From positions 372,001 through 436,000 of the forward strand of contig VJWM01000011.1 of assembly GCA_010909165.1 (NCBI GenBank): a stretch of 64,000 bases of DNA. Reading direction: 5' to 3'. The stretch comes from Anthoceros angustus (taxonomy: Eukaryota; Plantae; Anthocerotophyta). Position 1 is the first letter of the stretch. Every line of letters begins with the position of its first letter. The translations under genes and the position numbers were made by a program. Shown here one piece after another: positions 49,345-61,110 of the stretch. The notes beneath the pieces are model-generated. The model searched no databases. It saw only the letters and a list, made by a program, of their open reading frames with translations, and had not been told where the DNA came from.

Positions 49345-52300
49345 ATGAGTTCGGTTTCAGGGCAAGAAGCGAGAGCCGGAGTGGCGGAAAGATGGATATC
49401 GTCGCAGGCCGTGAATCCCACGGGCTCGCAATCTCCGTCGCCTAGGCAGTCGGAGACTTCGTCTGGCAGAGCTCCGGTGTGGATGGGGAATTCTCCGGCT
49501 GACGGCGGCGCAGAGCCTCCCCAGCCGTCTCTCGCTGTTTCCGCTCCTTCTTCGTCCTACAGTTTTGCCCCTTCGGTAGGAGAGAGCAGCGCCGGGAGCC
49601 GCACTGAGCCTGTGTCTTACTCTGGGTTTCTGGGGGCTTCCCATCTAGCATCTTCGTCCACATCTCACAATGTGGCTGCTTTTCCGGCCTCGTCCCCTGT
49701 CTATTCCTTTCCCAGGTCTGCTGTGCCTGCAGTTGTGCCACAGTCTTCTTTTCACTTGCCATCTCCGCAAATCGTTGGCTTGAATTATCTTCAGATCCCG
49801 TCGCAGAGTTCCGTGCTGGCGGGGGCACATAGTGGTATCGGTAGGCTGAGTCTTTTTCCGCGGGAGCCGGTGAAATCCGCAGCTGCGGCTGATGCATCCA
49901 GAACGTTCTCCGGATCGCCGGAGAATTTCTACCCCTCGGCAGGGAATGAGAAGCTGTATGAGGCCTACAATGATCTGCACAGTCTTGCTCAGGATTTCCA
50001 CAAGCCTTTCGACGCCCCGGCTATTCTGGTAGTTGGTCATCAGACTGATGGGAAAAGCGCGTTGGTGGAAGCGCTCATGGGTTTCCAGTTCAACCATGTT
50101 GGCGGGGGGACCAAGACAAGAAGGCCAATCACGCTTCACATGAAGTATAATGCATCGTGTGCGGAACCGGCATGTTTCCTGGTGACAGAAGATCGCCCGC
50201 CCAAGGAGGAAGAGAAGAGCTTGGAGGAGCTTCAGGTTGGTTTCCTTCTATCATCTTGCTGGCATGCAATTGTTCACTATGCATGTTTGGTTGACGTTCC
50301 CTGACGAGATGCTTTGGCGTGTAGGCCTACATTGAAGCGGAGAACATGAGATTGGAGCGTGAAGCGTGTCAATTCTGGGCAAAGGAGATTGTGGTGAAGA
50401 TTGAGTACAAGTACTGCCCCAATCTCACCATCATTGATACTCCTGGCCTTATTGCTGCTGCACCAGGCCGCAAAAATCAATCGCTGCAGGTTGTTCTTCA
50501 CTTTCTCTTTATGCTCCAAAATCTTTCTGTAGCATCCTGTGTTGGTGCTCTTGCACTTGCCAGACGGTGTAGGCTGACTGTCTGCACCTCCAGACTCAAG
50601 GACGAGCAGTAGAGGCACTGGTGCGCTCAAAAATGCAGCAGAAAGAGTTCATTATCCTGTGTCTCGAAGACTGCAGTGATTGGAGTAATGCAACAACAAG
50701 GCGGGTTGTCATGCAAGTAAGTCCAAGATCCCACTTCTTTCCCGAAGCTCCATTTCCACTGTGAGACCTGAAGCAGGAGCTTATTTGTGCTCGGTGGCCT
50801 GGCTTTGTTCGTCGGCAGATGGACCCAGACCTTTCTAGGACTGTGGTGGTTTCAACAAAGTTAGACACACGTATTCCTCAGTTTGCAAGGCCTGCAGACG
50901 TTGAGTTGTTCTTACGTCCACCTCCTCGGTTGTTGGATGGGAACCTTCTCGGAGAGACACCATTTTTCACTTCCGTGCCATCTGGAAGGGTTGGCAGTAC
51001 ACGGGATGCTGTGTACAGATCAAATGATCACTTTAGAGAGGTATCGTCTTTTCGCCACTGCTGATCCTTCAACACTCCATCCTCATTGGTGTTGAGAAAG
51101 ATGAAGTCATCTTGGTCTGATATGTGTTGAACAGGCTGTGGCATTAAGAGAGTCGCAAGACGTTGCTTCATTGGAAGAGAAACTAGATCGACCCCTTGTG
51201 AAGGAAGAGCGTAGCCATGTGGGAGTAAGCAGGCTACGGTGGTTTCTTGAGCAGCTCTTGCAATGGAGGTTGGGCCTCGCTTGTGTTTATGCGATTGCTT
51301 GGCTGAAACCTGTTTGCTACACACCATGCAGTCAGTAGGTGTACATTCTGCATCCCCAAGCTTATTTGTTGTGATATTGGGGCCTCGGCTGTGAATTTCT
51401 CAGGTACATGGAAAGTGTTCCAACAATCGTGCCGTTACTGGATAAGGAGTACCGCAACGTTACCATCAAATTGCAGCAGACTATTCAGGAGCTTGGGTAC
51501 GCTTGTTATGCCTCTGCTTCCTTTCCTTTCAAGGAACATCTGCACGGATGACTGCTCTAATCTTATGCCTCTTCAGAAATCTGGATGAAACGAAGCTGAA
51601 AGAACGAGGGCGTGTATTCAGAGACTCCTTCTTGGCAAAGGTATTTGTTTTGCAAGAAAGAAGAAATTCCCTCACCTCGATCTGTCCGTTGTGTTAGTAC
51701 TGTTCCCAGACTTGATTCCTGTTTATTGTTCCCATTGTTCAGCTTTCCTTGCTTCTGAAAGGGACGGTAGTAGCACCACCAGAAAAATTCGGTGAGTGAA
51801 AATTGCTGTGTACCATCTTCCATCAGCGAGTGATCCTGGCTGGAGTTCCAACTTTGCTGGCCTCAAATGCCGTCCTGTTCTTAGCCAGTCTTTGTTTTTC
51901 AGGAGAAACTCTTCAAGACGAACGGGTGCATGGTGGCGCCTTCGTAGGTTCGGATGGTCAGCAAATGCCCTACAAACACATGCCGGTAAGCTAGCTGAGC
52001 AATGCCAGTGCGAACTTTGAAAATCGCAAATCCACTCACACAAGGGTCATGCCATAATCTGCTGACTAAGTGGACTCTTCCCTTAGAATGCCACGATGCG
52101 GCTGTACGGAGGTGCCCAATACCACCGGGCTATGGCGGAGTTCCGTTTCATTGTGGGAGGAGTGAAATGTCCGGCTATCAGCAGAGAGGAGATAGTGAAT
52201 GCCTGTGGAGTGGAAGATATTCATGACGGAACTAACTACTTCAGGTACTTGCTTTACGCTTACCTCAATACGCCAAGCATTCGCATGTGGATACTAACCC

Positions 52301-53766
52301 GGAGTCCTATTGACAGAACTGCGTGTGTAATCGCTGTGGCCAAAGCCCGGGATGTCTTCGAGCCGTTCTTGCATCAGGTGCACCAGTGAGCTATGCTGTA
52401 TTTCTTAAGCGGTTTGACAAGTATCGTAGCCTGGATCTAAACGATGTTTGCGGTATGCAGCTAGGATTTCGGTTATCGCATGTTCTGCGGCGGCTTCTTC
52501 CCATAGCGCTGTACCTCCTGCAGGTTGCTCTCCGACTGAAACTCGTTATGGACAATTTTTATATACCTTGTGTTTGGTATCTCTTATCGTTGAATCGTGT
52601 CTAAATGTCCTTCCAACCCTTGGACATGTCAGAGGGATGGAGCGTATCGGCATGATATGTTCATGAAGCGTGTCTCAACTGCTTTTCACATATTTGTCGA
52701 GGCAACAGAGCGTGCGTGCAGAGAGAAGTAAGAGGGCTGCAGTGATGAATGCCTACAGTCGGACTTGCCAAATTATCGGTCAAGAACTAAATGGTGGAGT
52801 CTGTCACGCAGATGCATGGAGGATCTTTTAAGTACAACGCGGTACGTCACATGGTCGCTGCACAATAAGGTTAGCCGTCCCTCTGTAATCCACATTTCTC
52901 CATTTGCTGGAAATCGGCTTGCATCGACAGCTTGACAAGAGTACAGCGTCTTACCCGTTCAATCCGTACTGTCTGTGTTGACTGCAGAATCGGTCAGGTC
53001 TTCGGCAATTTTTGGATACGTTTTCAGCTCGAGAGCAGCCTGCGACATCCAATACAAGTCCTGTCTGTTCGGAAACCGGTGCTGCTGCTGGGAATAGCAA
53101 CAAGCAAGACAACAAAAGCCGACAAGATGTGAAGCCTCAGCCCATTTCCGCAGGAGAAGCGGGCACTGTCAGCAGTCAAACCACGCAAGGGCGATTGGTT
53201 GACCTCCTGGAGAGCACATTGTGGAACAGAAGACTGGCTCCGTCATCTGAAGAAATCGTGAATGCTCTTGTCGCACAAATCTTCGAAGGCATCAGGGACC
53301 ACTTTGTGGCTGCAGCGGAATTGAAAGTGAGCTTTGTTTTGTGTAGGACTCTGCCAGAAGCATGAGTCTCCTTTTCCTCCTATGCCTACTAATCAGTGGC
53401 ATCCTGGTGCAGTTCAACTGCTTCTTTCTGATGCCCGTGGTGGATAAGTTCCCCACGTTGCTGCGAGAGGACTTGGAGTCCGCCTTCGACGAGGACATCG
53501 ACAACGTCTTCGACGTCGCCCAAGCCAGGCGAACTCTGGAGCAACAGAAGGGTGACCTGGAATTCGAACTTCGAAGGGTAAGTCCATCATCCCTTCTCCC
53601 GCTGCGGCTGCCAGCCTTCATGTTTGCGTTGCCTCACATGCTTTGGTTGCTCCAGGTTGAGAGGTTACAGGAGAAGTTCGCCAGCATTCACCACAACCTC
53701 AGCACCTCCCAACCGGTATCTCTACCTTCTAAGGACTCGTCCGAGGATACGCTGTTTGCTGCTTAG
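49345..53766 (+). CDS. ARC5: Chloroplast/peroxisome division dynamin ARC5 / DRP5B (multi-exon)
   Basis: LYEAYNDLHSLAQDFHKPFDAPAILVVGHQTDGKSALVEALMGFQFNHVGGGTKTRRPITLHMKY; CPNLTIIDTPGL; MRLYGGAQYHRAMAEFRF; LWNRRLAPSSE; FNCFFLMPVVDK. All match Arabidopsis ARC5 closely. Confidence 0.93.
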
Positions 53767-53811
53767 GGAGAGAGATTGGCCCACCTGATAGTTATAGTTT
53801 ATTAGTCCCTA

Positions 53812-56170
53812 CTGGACAGAAGGATCGCATGCGACATGCTTTTGTACACTACTTTAGATAGGCTGAAGCCTCGCAGGACGAGTCCCTATTACCTCATCAG
53901 AAGACTCAAATTTGTGCTTCTGAATGGATTGTATGCAGTAAAGGGAAACTGTGGGCCCATACTGGGCCCGTCTGTCTGTGCTCTGCAATTTGTCAGAAAT
54001 GTGTGGCACGTGACATGTGGGTAGCAGGGAGCTTGGTTTCGAAGAAAAACAACTGGAATGGCTTGGCTAGGGATTTTATTGGCGCCCAATGGGACCCAAA
54101 GCTGACCCGGTCTTAGCTCGGGACCATCGACCTTGTTTGCGAGAGAACGCGGAAGCCTCGCGGAGCTCTGCTACAGAGGCCTTGGGCCCTGCCTGGTCAC
54201 GCTCTTGTTCTGCTGTGGCAAAACAGCAGCAGCCCCAAGTCCCCAACTTGGTTGTCTGCTGCGTTTGGGGACAATGGGCGAGGATCCAACTCATAGCCCA
54301 CAGCTGTCGCAGGAGCACAGCAGGAGTCCCTGAGAAGATCCTTTCTTGCTCTGTGGGTGACATGTTTGTGGCGGAATTCAGGCAGTCTGATCTGGACGCT
54401 CGCACAATCAGGCCACCAGCAGTATGATGGCGTCCTTCTTCAAATCGGCCAAAAATAAGGTGAAATCAAAATTTCAAGGGCATTCCTCCAAGGACGACTT
54501 GCATATCAGGCGAGGTGGAGATGGTGGTGGCTTTGGGAGGCAGGCAGCCGTAGCGGCACCGGGAAGTCCATTGAGGGCATCTTTCTTCCCTGCCGCCGGG
54601 GAGGTGCTGCTGTGGCAGATCGGAAGGCCTTCTCCGACGCTGGTATTAACATGGCGGATTTCCGCAGTGCGGAGGAGTTCAACCTTGCGGCTATGCGTTT
54701 GCAGAGGGAGAGTGAGGGAAAAGCCGGAGCTCTGGTGTCGTACACCGACAAGACCCATGTGCATTCCCCAGGTGCCACCATGGCGATGGAGGCGAGCTCA
54801 GATGCAGGGACCGCTCCTCCCAGGGATGAGTCTGTCATGGGTATGCACCCAAATCCTCCCCTCCCTCCTGTAGGTGTGAGGGTGGGCTCTGGGCTCACTC
54901 CAAAGGGACTGGCCTTCTCCATCTCACTCGTTTGAGTTCCTGTTGCAGGAAACACGTCCTCAGCCTGGATACCATCCAGTCTGCCCTGGACAGAAGGATC
55001 GCATGCGACATGCTTTTGTACACTACTTTAGATAGGCTGAAGCCTCGCAGGACGAGTCCCTATTACCTCATCAGAAGACTCAAATTTGTGCTTCTGAATG
55101 GATTGTATGCAGTAAAGGAAACTGTGGGCCCATACTGGGCCCGTCTGTCTGTGCTCTGCAATTTGTCAGAAATGTGTGGCACGTGACATGTGGGTAGCAG
55201 GGAGCTTGGTTTCGAAGAAAAACAACTGGAATGGCTTGGCTAGGGATTTTATTGGCGCCCAATGGGACCCAAAGCTGACCCGGTCTTAGCTCGGGACCAT
55301 CGACCTTGTTTGCGAGAGAACGCGGAAGCCTCGCGGAGGCTCTGCTACAGAGGCCTTGGGCCCTGCCTGGTCACGCTCTTGTTCTGCTGTGGCAAAACAG
55401 CAGCAGCCCCAAGTCCCCAACTTGGTTGTCTGCTGCGTTTGGGGACAATGGGCGAGGATCCAACTCATAGCCCACAGCTGTCGCAGGAGCACAGCAGGAG
55501 TCCCTGAGAAGATCCTTTCTTGCTCTGTGGGTGACATGTTTGTGGCGGAATTCAGGCAGTCTGATCTGGACGCTCGCACAATCAGGCCACCAGCAGTATG
55601 ATGGCGTCCTTCTTCAAATCGGCCAAAAATAAGGTGAAATCAAAATTTCAAGGGCATTCCTCCAAGGACGACTTGCATATCAGGCGAGGTGGAGATGGTG
55701 GTGGCTTTGGGAGGCAAGGGGCAGCCGTAGCGGCACCGGGAAGTCCATTGAGGGCATCTTTCTTCCCTGCCGCCGGGGGAGGTGCTGCTGTGGCAGATCG
55801 GAAGGCCTTCTCCGACGCTGGTATTAACATGGCGGATTTCCGCAGTGCGGAGGAGTTCAACCTTGCGGCTATGCGTTTGCAGAGGGAGAGTGAGGGAAAA
55901 GCCGGAGCTCTGGTGTCGTACACCGACAAGACCCATGTGCATTCCCCAGGTGCCACCATGGCGATGGAGGCGAGCTCAGATGCAGGGACCGCTCCTCCCA
56001 GGGATGAGTCTGTCATGGGTATGCACCCAAATCCTCCCCTCCCTCCTGTAGGTGTGAGGGTGGGCTCTGGGCTCACTCCAAAGGGACTGGCCTTCTCCAT
56101 CTCACTCGTTTGAGTTCCTGTTGCAGGGAAACACGTCCTCAGCCTGGATACCATCCAGTCTGCCCTGGAC
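53812..56170. repeat. Direct tandem duplication, ~1.17 kb unit x2
   Basis: ctggacagaaggatcgcatgcgacatgc at 53812 and 54986. The units are near identical and differ mainly by 1-bp indels; CTGGACA recurs at 56165. Confidence 0.92.
54424..54992 (+). pseudogene. Truncated 5' copy (exon 1 + start of exon 2) of the IRG-like GTPase gene
   Basis: MMASFFKSAKNKVKSKF... identical start to 55598, frameshifted, ends at the duplication junction. Confidence 0.8.
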
Positions 56171-57295
56171 AAGAGTTGCTTCAATGTGGCTGTGCTGGGC
56201 CGCGATGGGTGTGGCAAGTCGTCTCTGATCAATGCCTTGTCTGGCCTCAGAGACAATGAGCCAGGTAAACTCCTCAGCAGGTTGATTGCAGCAGGATCCA
56301 GGAAGGGTTGGTGAGAGTTCCCCTGGGCTTACCTTTGCTGCTGATGTTCAGGGGCAGCTCCAGTGCGAGAGATGAAGCACCTAGCTATCCATCCGCAGTT
56401 CATCTTCCGCATGCCCAATCGTAGGTATCCTGACTTCATATTCTATGACATTCCTGGAGCGGACCGGTTCGACACAGAAGCATCTGCCCTGGGGTTGGTG
56501 CCCAAGCTCAAGCCCTTCGATTGCATTCTACTGGTGTCAGCAGAAAGGTTCTTGGACATGGAGCTGATACTTGCCAGAGAGTTCGCCGCAGACGCTACAA
56601 CAGAATGCCTGCTGGTGAGAACCCAGGCGGACGTAGCTGCCACGGCCCTGTCCGAGGCCTCCTCTATCTCCATGAAGGAGGCCGGAGACCAGCTTCGCGA
56701 ACTTGTGGAGGCCGAGATCCGCTCTAGGTTCACCAGGCCATCCGACGACGCAGCCTTGCCCAGCGTCTACTTCATGTCATCCAGGTTCCAGGCCAAGGCT
56801 GCCAGGACGTATCAGCGTGCCATCAGCCAGAGGGGTCGCTTCGACAAGACCTTGGAGAAGATGGATGAAGATGCGGTGCAGAGCAGGCTGCAGGAGATAT
56901 ACGATGCGTTTCAGAGACGGAAGGTGGCAGCCAGAGTTCCCCGTGCCAAGGCAACACCCCAGGGAAGCAGACAAGGGCAAGGAGCGGATTCTGGCCTAGT
57001 GCACCAGCCCAAGGACGTCTCACCCGTCCGTCCCTTGCCAACTAAAGGTCGGTGGCAGCCAAACCCTGGAGTGCAGGAGGTCCCCCAGAAACTTACCACT
57101 ATCGCTGAGAGCTCAGTCGATAAGGAGCAAGCACCTCAAACCAGAGCCCTGCCCTTTCATTCTGGACAAAACTCCTCTAGCACCGTCATTGTGAAAATGG
57201 GGTCGGAAGTGAAGATGCCCATCAACAAGACCGTCAAGTCCATTTCCGTATCTGTATCTCAGGAAGCTGCAACCCTCCAGGTCATTTATGCTTGA
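55598..57295 (+). CDS. P-loop GTPase resembling immunity-related GTPases (IRG / IIGP, p47 family); predicted exons 55598-56051, 56127-56264, 56352-57295 (~511 aa)
   Basis: Spliced translation: FNVAVLGRDGCGKSSLINALSGLRDNEPGAAPV...YPDFIFYDIPG...PFDCILLVSAERFLDMELILAREF...LLVRTQAD...VYFMSSR. GT-AG junctions are phase-compatible (both phase 1). Confidence 0.75.
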
Positions 57296-57599
57296 TCCAT
57301 ACTGTATCTACTGCCAAGTCTCAGTCTGTTGGGTGCAAGGTTCACATTTATCTGCGTCACCCTAATGGTCTGTCGAGAAGGAGGGTACATGCCGCATTCC
57401 ATGACTGGCAAATGCTCAAAGGCATCCATCTCGTTTCTGTTTGTTCCCCGTGTAAGAGTGTAAGCGAAGAAACATATATCCACTGCGCGGGATGGGATTT
57501 CTTCATATCCTTCATTCACATGATACGTATCCAGTACATCTTCGTTCTCTGTCTAGTGTACAACTGAACGGACTTCAGATTAAACGCCTGTACAAAGCA

Positions 57600-57790
57600 C
57601 AGGCTCCCAAGTACAGTAGTACAAAACAGGTTCCCAAGTAGAACAAGGCAAGAGGTCCCCAAGTAGTATGAAACAAGATATTCCCACGTAGTACAAAACT
57701 AAAGGTTCCCAAGTAGCCTACATAAAGGCTTTCACTTGGTTGTTCCCCGAAGAGTACAAAACAAAGGTTCCCAAGTATAAACACCAAGTG
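57600..57790. repeat. Irregular short tandem repeats with core (AAAC/AAAG)GGTTCCCAAGTA
   Basis: Core ggttcccaagta or variants recur about 6-7 times at ~22-30 bp spacing. Confidence 0.6.
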
Positions 57791-58329
57791 GCATACCTAA
57801 ACATAAAGGGCTTCACTTGGTTGAAACACCATACAAAGAAAAGGTCCTCAAGCAAAAACAAAGTAAAGGACTTAACTTGGTGTTACTCCCACTTGGTGTT
57901 TCTGCATGTTTCCCGGGCTATACAAAACATCAATCTTGGCAGCAATCCAAGTGCATATATGAATATTGCTGTTTCTTTCAGCAATTCTAAAATACATACA
58001 CTAGGACAACTGCCAGGACCGATATTTAGATATTATACAATTAATTTTCAAGACGTCTGTTATAGCAATCCAAATCTTGGCCATTAGAAATGCAAATTAT
58101 GAGAAGCGCCGAGGATGCCCTTCACCTATCAAGTGAACTCAGATACTTACTGTCGGAGCTGATGACAAGCTTCACAAAACCTTCAACTCGAACACGTTTA
58201 ATGATTATGTTCAGAGTGTTTGCACCGGTACCTCTTCCCATGGGTCAGGTCGAATATTCTACACGCTTTGTTTCCCTGTCCTTCAGCACTTTGAGGTAAA
58301 TCACTTTCAATTTGAGGCCCTCACAATTT

Positions 58330-59890
58330 GGTGAGCTCACTTCATAAAGGATGCTTCCCTTGCTCGCCAGCTCCCAGTCGCTCTCTTTATCAAAAAACAA
58401 TTGCCTGCACAGTTCTTTTCATGACAAGTCTGCTTTGTTTGGGACTACAACAATGCTAATGCCTTTTCAAAAAAACCTCCTTACCAGAAGACGCCACCTG
58501 AAATAGTGGTTGCGTCAGATGTAACGACGTCTCTCCTCCCAGGACAATTGACACATCCATCAACATGCTAGACACATCTGCAAGGAGAGCACCAAAGGTG
58601 AGATATTGTGCCAGTCACACCTGCCCGACATGACGAAACCTTAAAATGGTAAGCAACCCTCCACAACCAGGGCTTCATGAGGACGCCTATGTCTGAGTAA
58701 CGAGAAACCATGTGCCACAGTGTCTAACATCAATATGAACCGGTGATTCTTCCAACTCAACATAACAGGGTCTGCCCAAATCAACTTTCTCCTTTCTCCA
58801 GGGTTAGAAGTCCAGCGCTATGTGATCTTTCAAACAAAGTAGACCACAAAGGACCACAACAAGTCAGTTGTCGATGTCAAAACAGAGCACCTGCTAGTCA
58901 AGAACCTAGTGAGCTGGTCCCATAAATCGAAGGTGATGGAGGATTGGATGGGAGTCACTTCCACCAGAGTTTTAACACTGAGGAGAGCCCAAACAAAGAC
59001 TTGTATAGAATACTTCAGTCCAAGACTAACTCTGTCAGAAACAGATCATATCTCCATTGGACATAACTGGATTAGAGAACATTCATTGACAGGAAAAAAC
59101 TGCATCCTCAATCACAAGACAGCCAGAAAAGTCGCTATCCATTGTAGAGGAAGTGAGAATGACTTGCCCAACTGCACAAGTCTACTATCAGGCACTCAGG
59201 TCAGGATCATCTCACAGAACAACGTACCATCCACAGATGCATCGAATGTCTGCGGCCTATCAAGGCCAGAAAGTGTAGCAGCAACCAAAGGATGTGCGGC
59301 CAGCACTGGACCAAGCCCCCGGCATCAGAACACAGACATCCATCAGAAGGCTTTTTCGCGCCTAATGTCCAAAGACGAGAGCGATACATTGGAACCAAGC
59401 TACCCACCCATTAGTTATACACAACCAGCTTGTGAAAGGTCGGATCACCTGAAAGTCAACAAAGTCACTCCGAATCCTATGAGGTGTCACGTTCATAGCT
59501 TGGATAAAGAAACTAGAAGGATTCAACCATATGGCAATCATTCAAGGGGTCTGTAACTGCACCTTCTCACGGAATTCGAGAGACCCATTATTAAGAAATG
59601 ATGCGAGGACGGTAAAGGCATCTGGTACTGCTGCAACCAGATCCCTTTGAAACTGTCGTCGCTGCTCTGGCCTGACAGCAATCTTGTAGCTGGTAGCTTC
59701 CTGCAAGACCAATTCTGTAAGCTTGAGCACAGTGGCAAGAACACAGACGATCTTTACTCTAAAGAACAACCACAAGACCTGCCTGAGGAAGAACTGCAAT
59801 CAGCTCCAGAAGTGCAGGAATCGACTCAGGATGAGAGCCGATATGTATGTACCGCTATTCGCAACTTGCGTTGCGAATAGCGGTACATAC
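58330..59890 (-). pseudogene. Inverted, internally deleted partial copy of MOS14/transportin-SR
   Basis: 58960-59880 is the reverse complement of ~61830-62770, introns included. 58880-58970 matches 63480-63590, 58770-58830 matches the 63900 exon, and 58500-58600 encodes ALLADVSSMLMDVSIVLGGETSL (a later MOS14 exon). No N-terminal exons. Confidence 0.8.
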
Positions 59891-59981
59891 ATATGTAGGT
59901 AATTACAAATATTGTAGTCCCCGTCGAGAGACTGAAGCCAATAACTCGAGGTGAGCCCTAAGACGGAGAAGATCGTGAGCG

Positions 59982-60802
59982 ATGGAGTGTGTGTTCGGCC
60001 TAGTGGGGGATGGCTTTGCGTTGCTGGTGGCAGACACTTCTGCAGTGCAGAGCATAGTGGTGCAGAAGACAACAGAAGACAAGATTCTGGCGCTAGACTC
60101 CTCTAAGCTGCTTGCCACTACCGGCGAGAATGGAGACAGAGTGCAATTCTCGGAGTACATCCAGAAGAACATCCTTCTCTACCAGTACTGCAACGCCACG
60201 CCTCTTTCCACGGCCGCTGCTGCAAATTTCACCAGAAATCAGCTGGCTCAGGCTCTTCGCAAGGTAGGTCGGAAAGCTTTTCAGACGCAAAAGAAGCTGT
60301 GCTTTGCAAGTATCTGCATTGATCTGGAATTTGCTTCGCGCTTGTGCAGAGTCCCTATTTCGTGAACATGATGATCGCAGGCTGGGATAAGGATGCAGGC
60401 CCGTCTCTTTACTACTTGGATTACATCGCCACGCTCCATAAATTGGAGAAAGGAGCCTTGGGATATGGTACGGATTGTGGTTTTCTGAGGGTTTAGGACA
60501 GCTGGTTCGTCAAGATTTTGAAATCTGAGATTGATGTTTGCTGCTTGCTGCTTGCAGCTGCGTACTTCATGCTTTCGTTGATGGATAAGTACTACAAGCC
60601 AAACTTGTCTCTCAAGGAGGCGCTGGAGCTGGTGGATAAGTGCATCGCTGAAATCAAGACCCGCCTCATTGCTGCTCCACCGAACTTTGTTATCAAGATT
60701 GTGGACAAAGACGGTGCACGACTTCTGGAATGGCGAAAGACTGTTGAAGACAACACGGGGCCGAGCACTCCTTTGCCTGTTGCCGTAGAAGCGCAAGGGT
60801 AA
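59982..60802 (+). CDS. PBD1: 20S proteasome subunit beta type-2 (3 exons)
   Basis: MECVFGLVGDGFALLVADTSAVQSIVVQK...GDRVQFSEYIQKN...LSTAAAANFTRNQLAQALRK / SPYFVNMMIAGWDKDAGPSLYYLDYIATLHK / PPNFVIKIVDKDGAR. Confidence 0.95.
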
Positions 60803-61110
60803 TAGGAAACCAGACTAGATTAATGTTTACTTTTTAAAGCGTTAACCCACATATAACCCTATGGAAGCGCGTCAAAGTCGTTCAAATATTGTTTTCGCAC
60901 TCCCTTCTGGTGGGTGGAACACGAACCGGAGGAGACGATGGCAGCTGCGATTGTGAATTCCGACTGAGATCTCGTCCCCATCTTAGGGCTTTTATCGCAC
61001 GTAGCAGCTGGACGGAGCCGCGTCTGAGCTCCACTTTGGACCATGGAGTCGTCGAGCAAGCGATCAATTGGCATGATGTGTGTGGATCAGTGATATACAG
61101 ACAAGGCAGC

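Noticed and set aside
57600-57790. CRISPR-like repeat/spacer appearance
   Set aside because: The core is only ~12 bp, the spacers are short and related to each other, there are no cas genes, and the context is eukaryotic.
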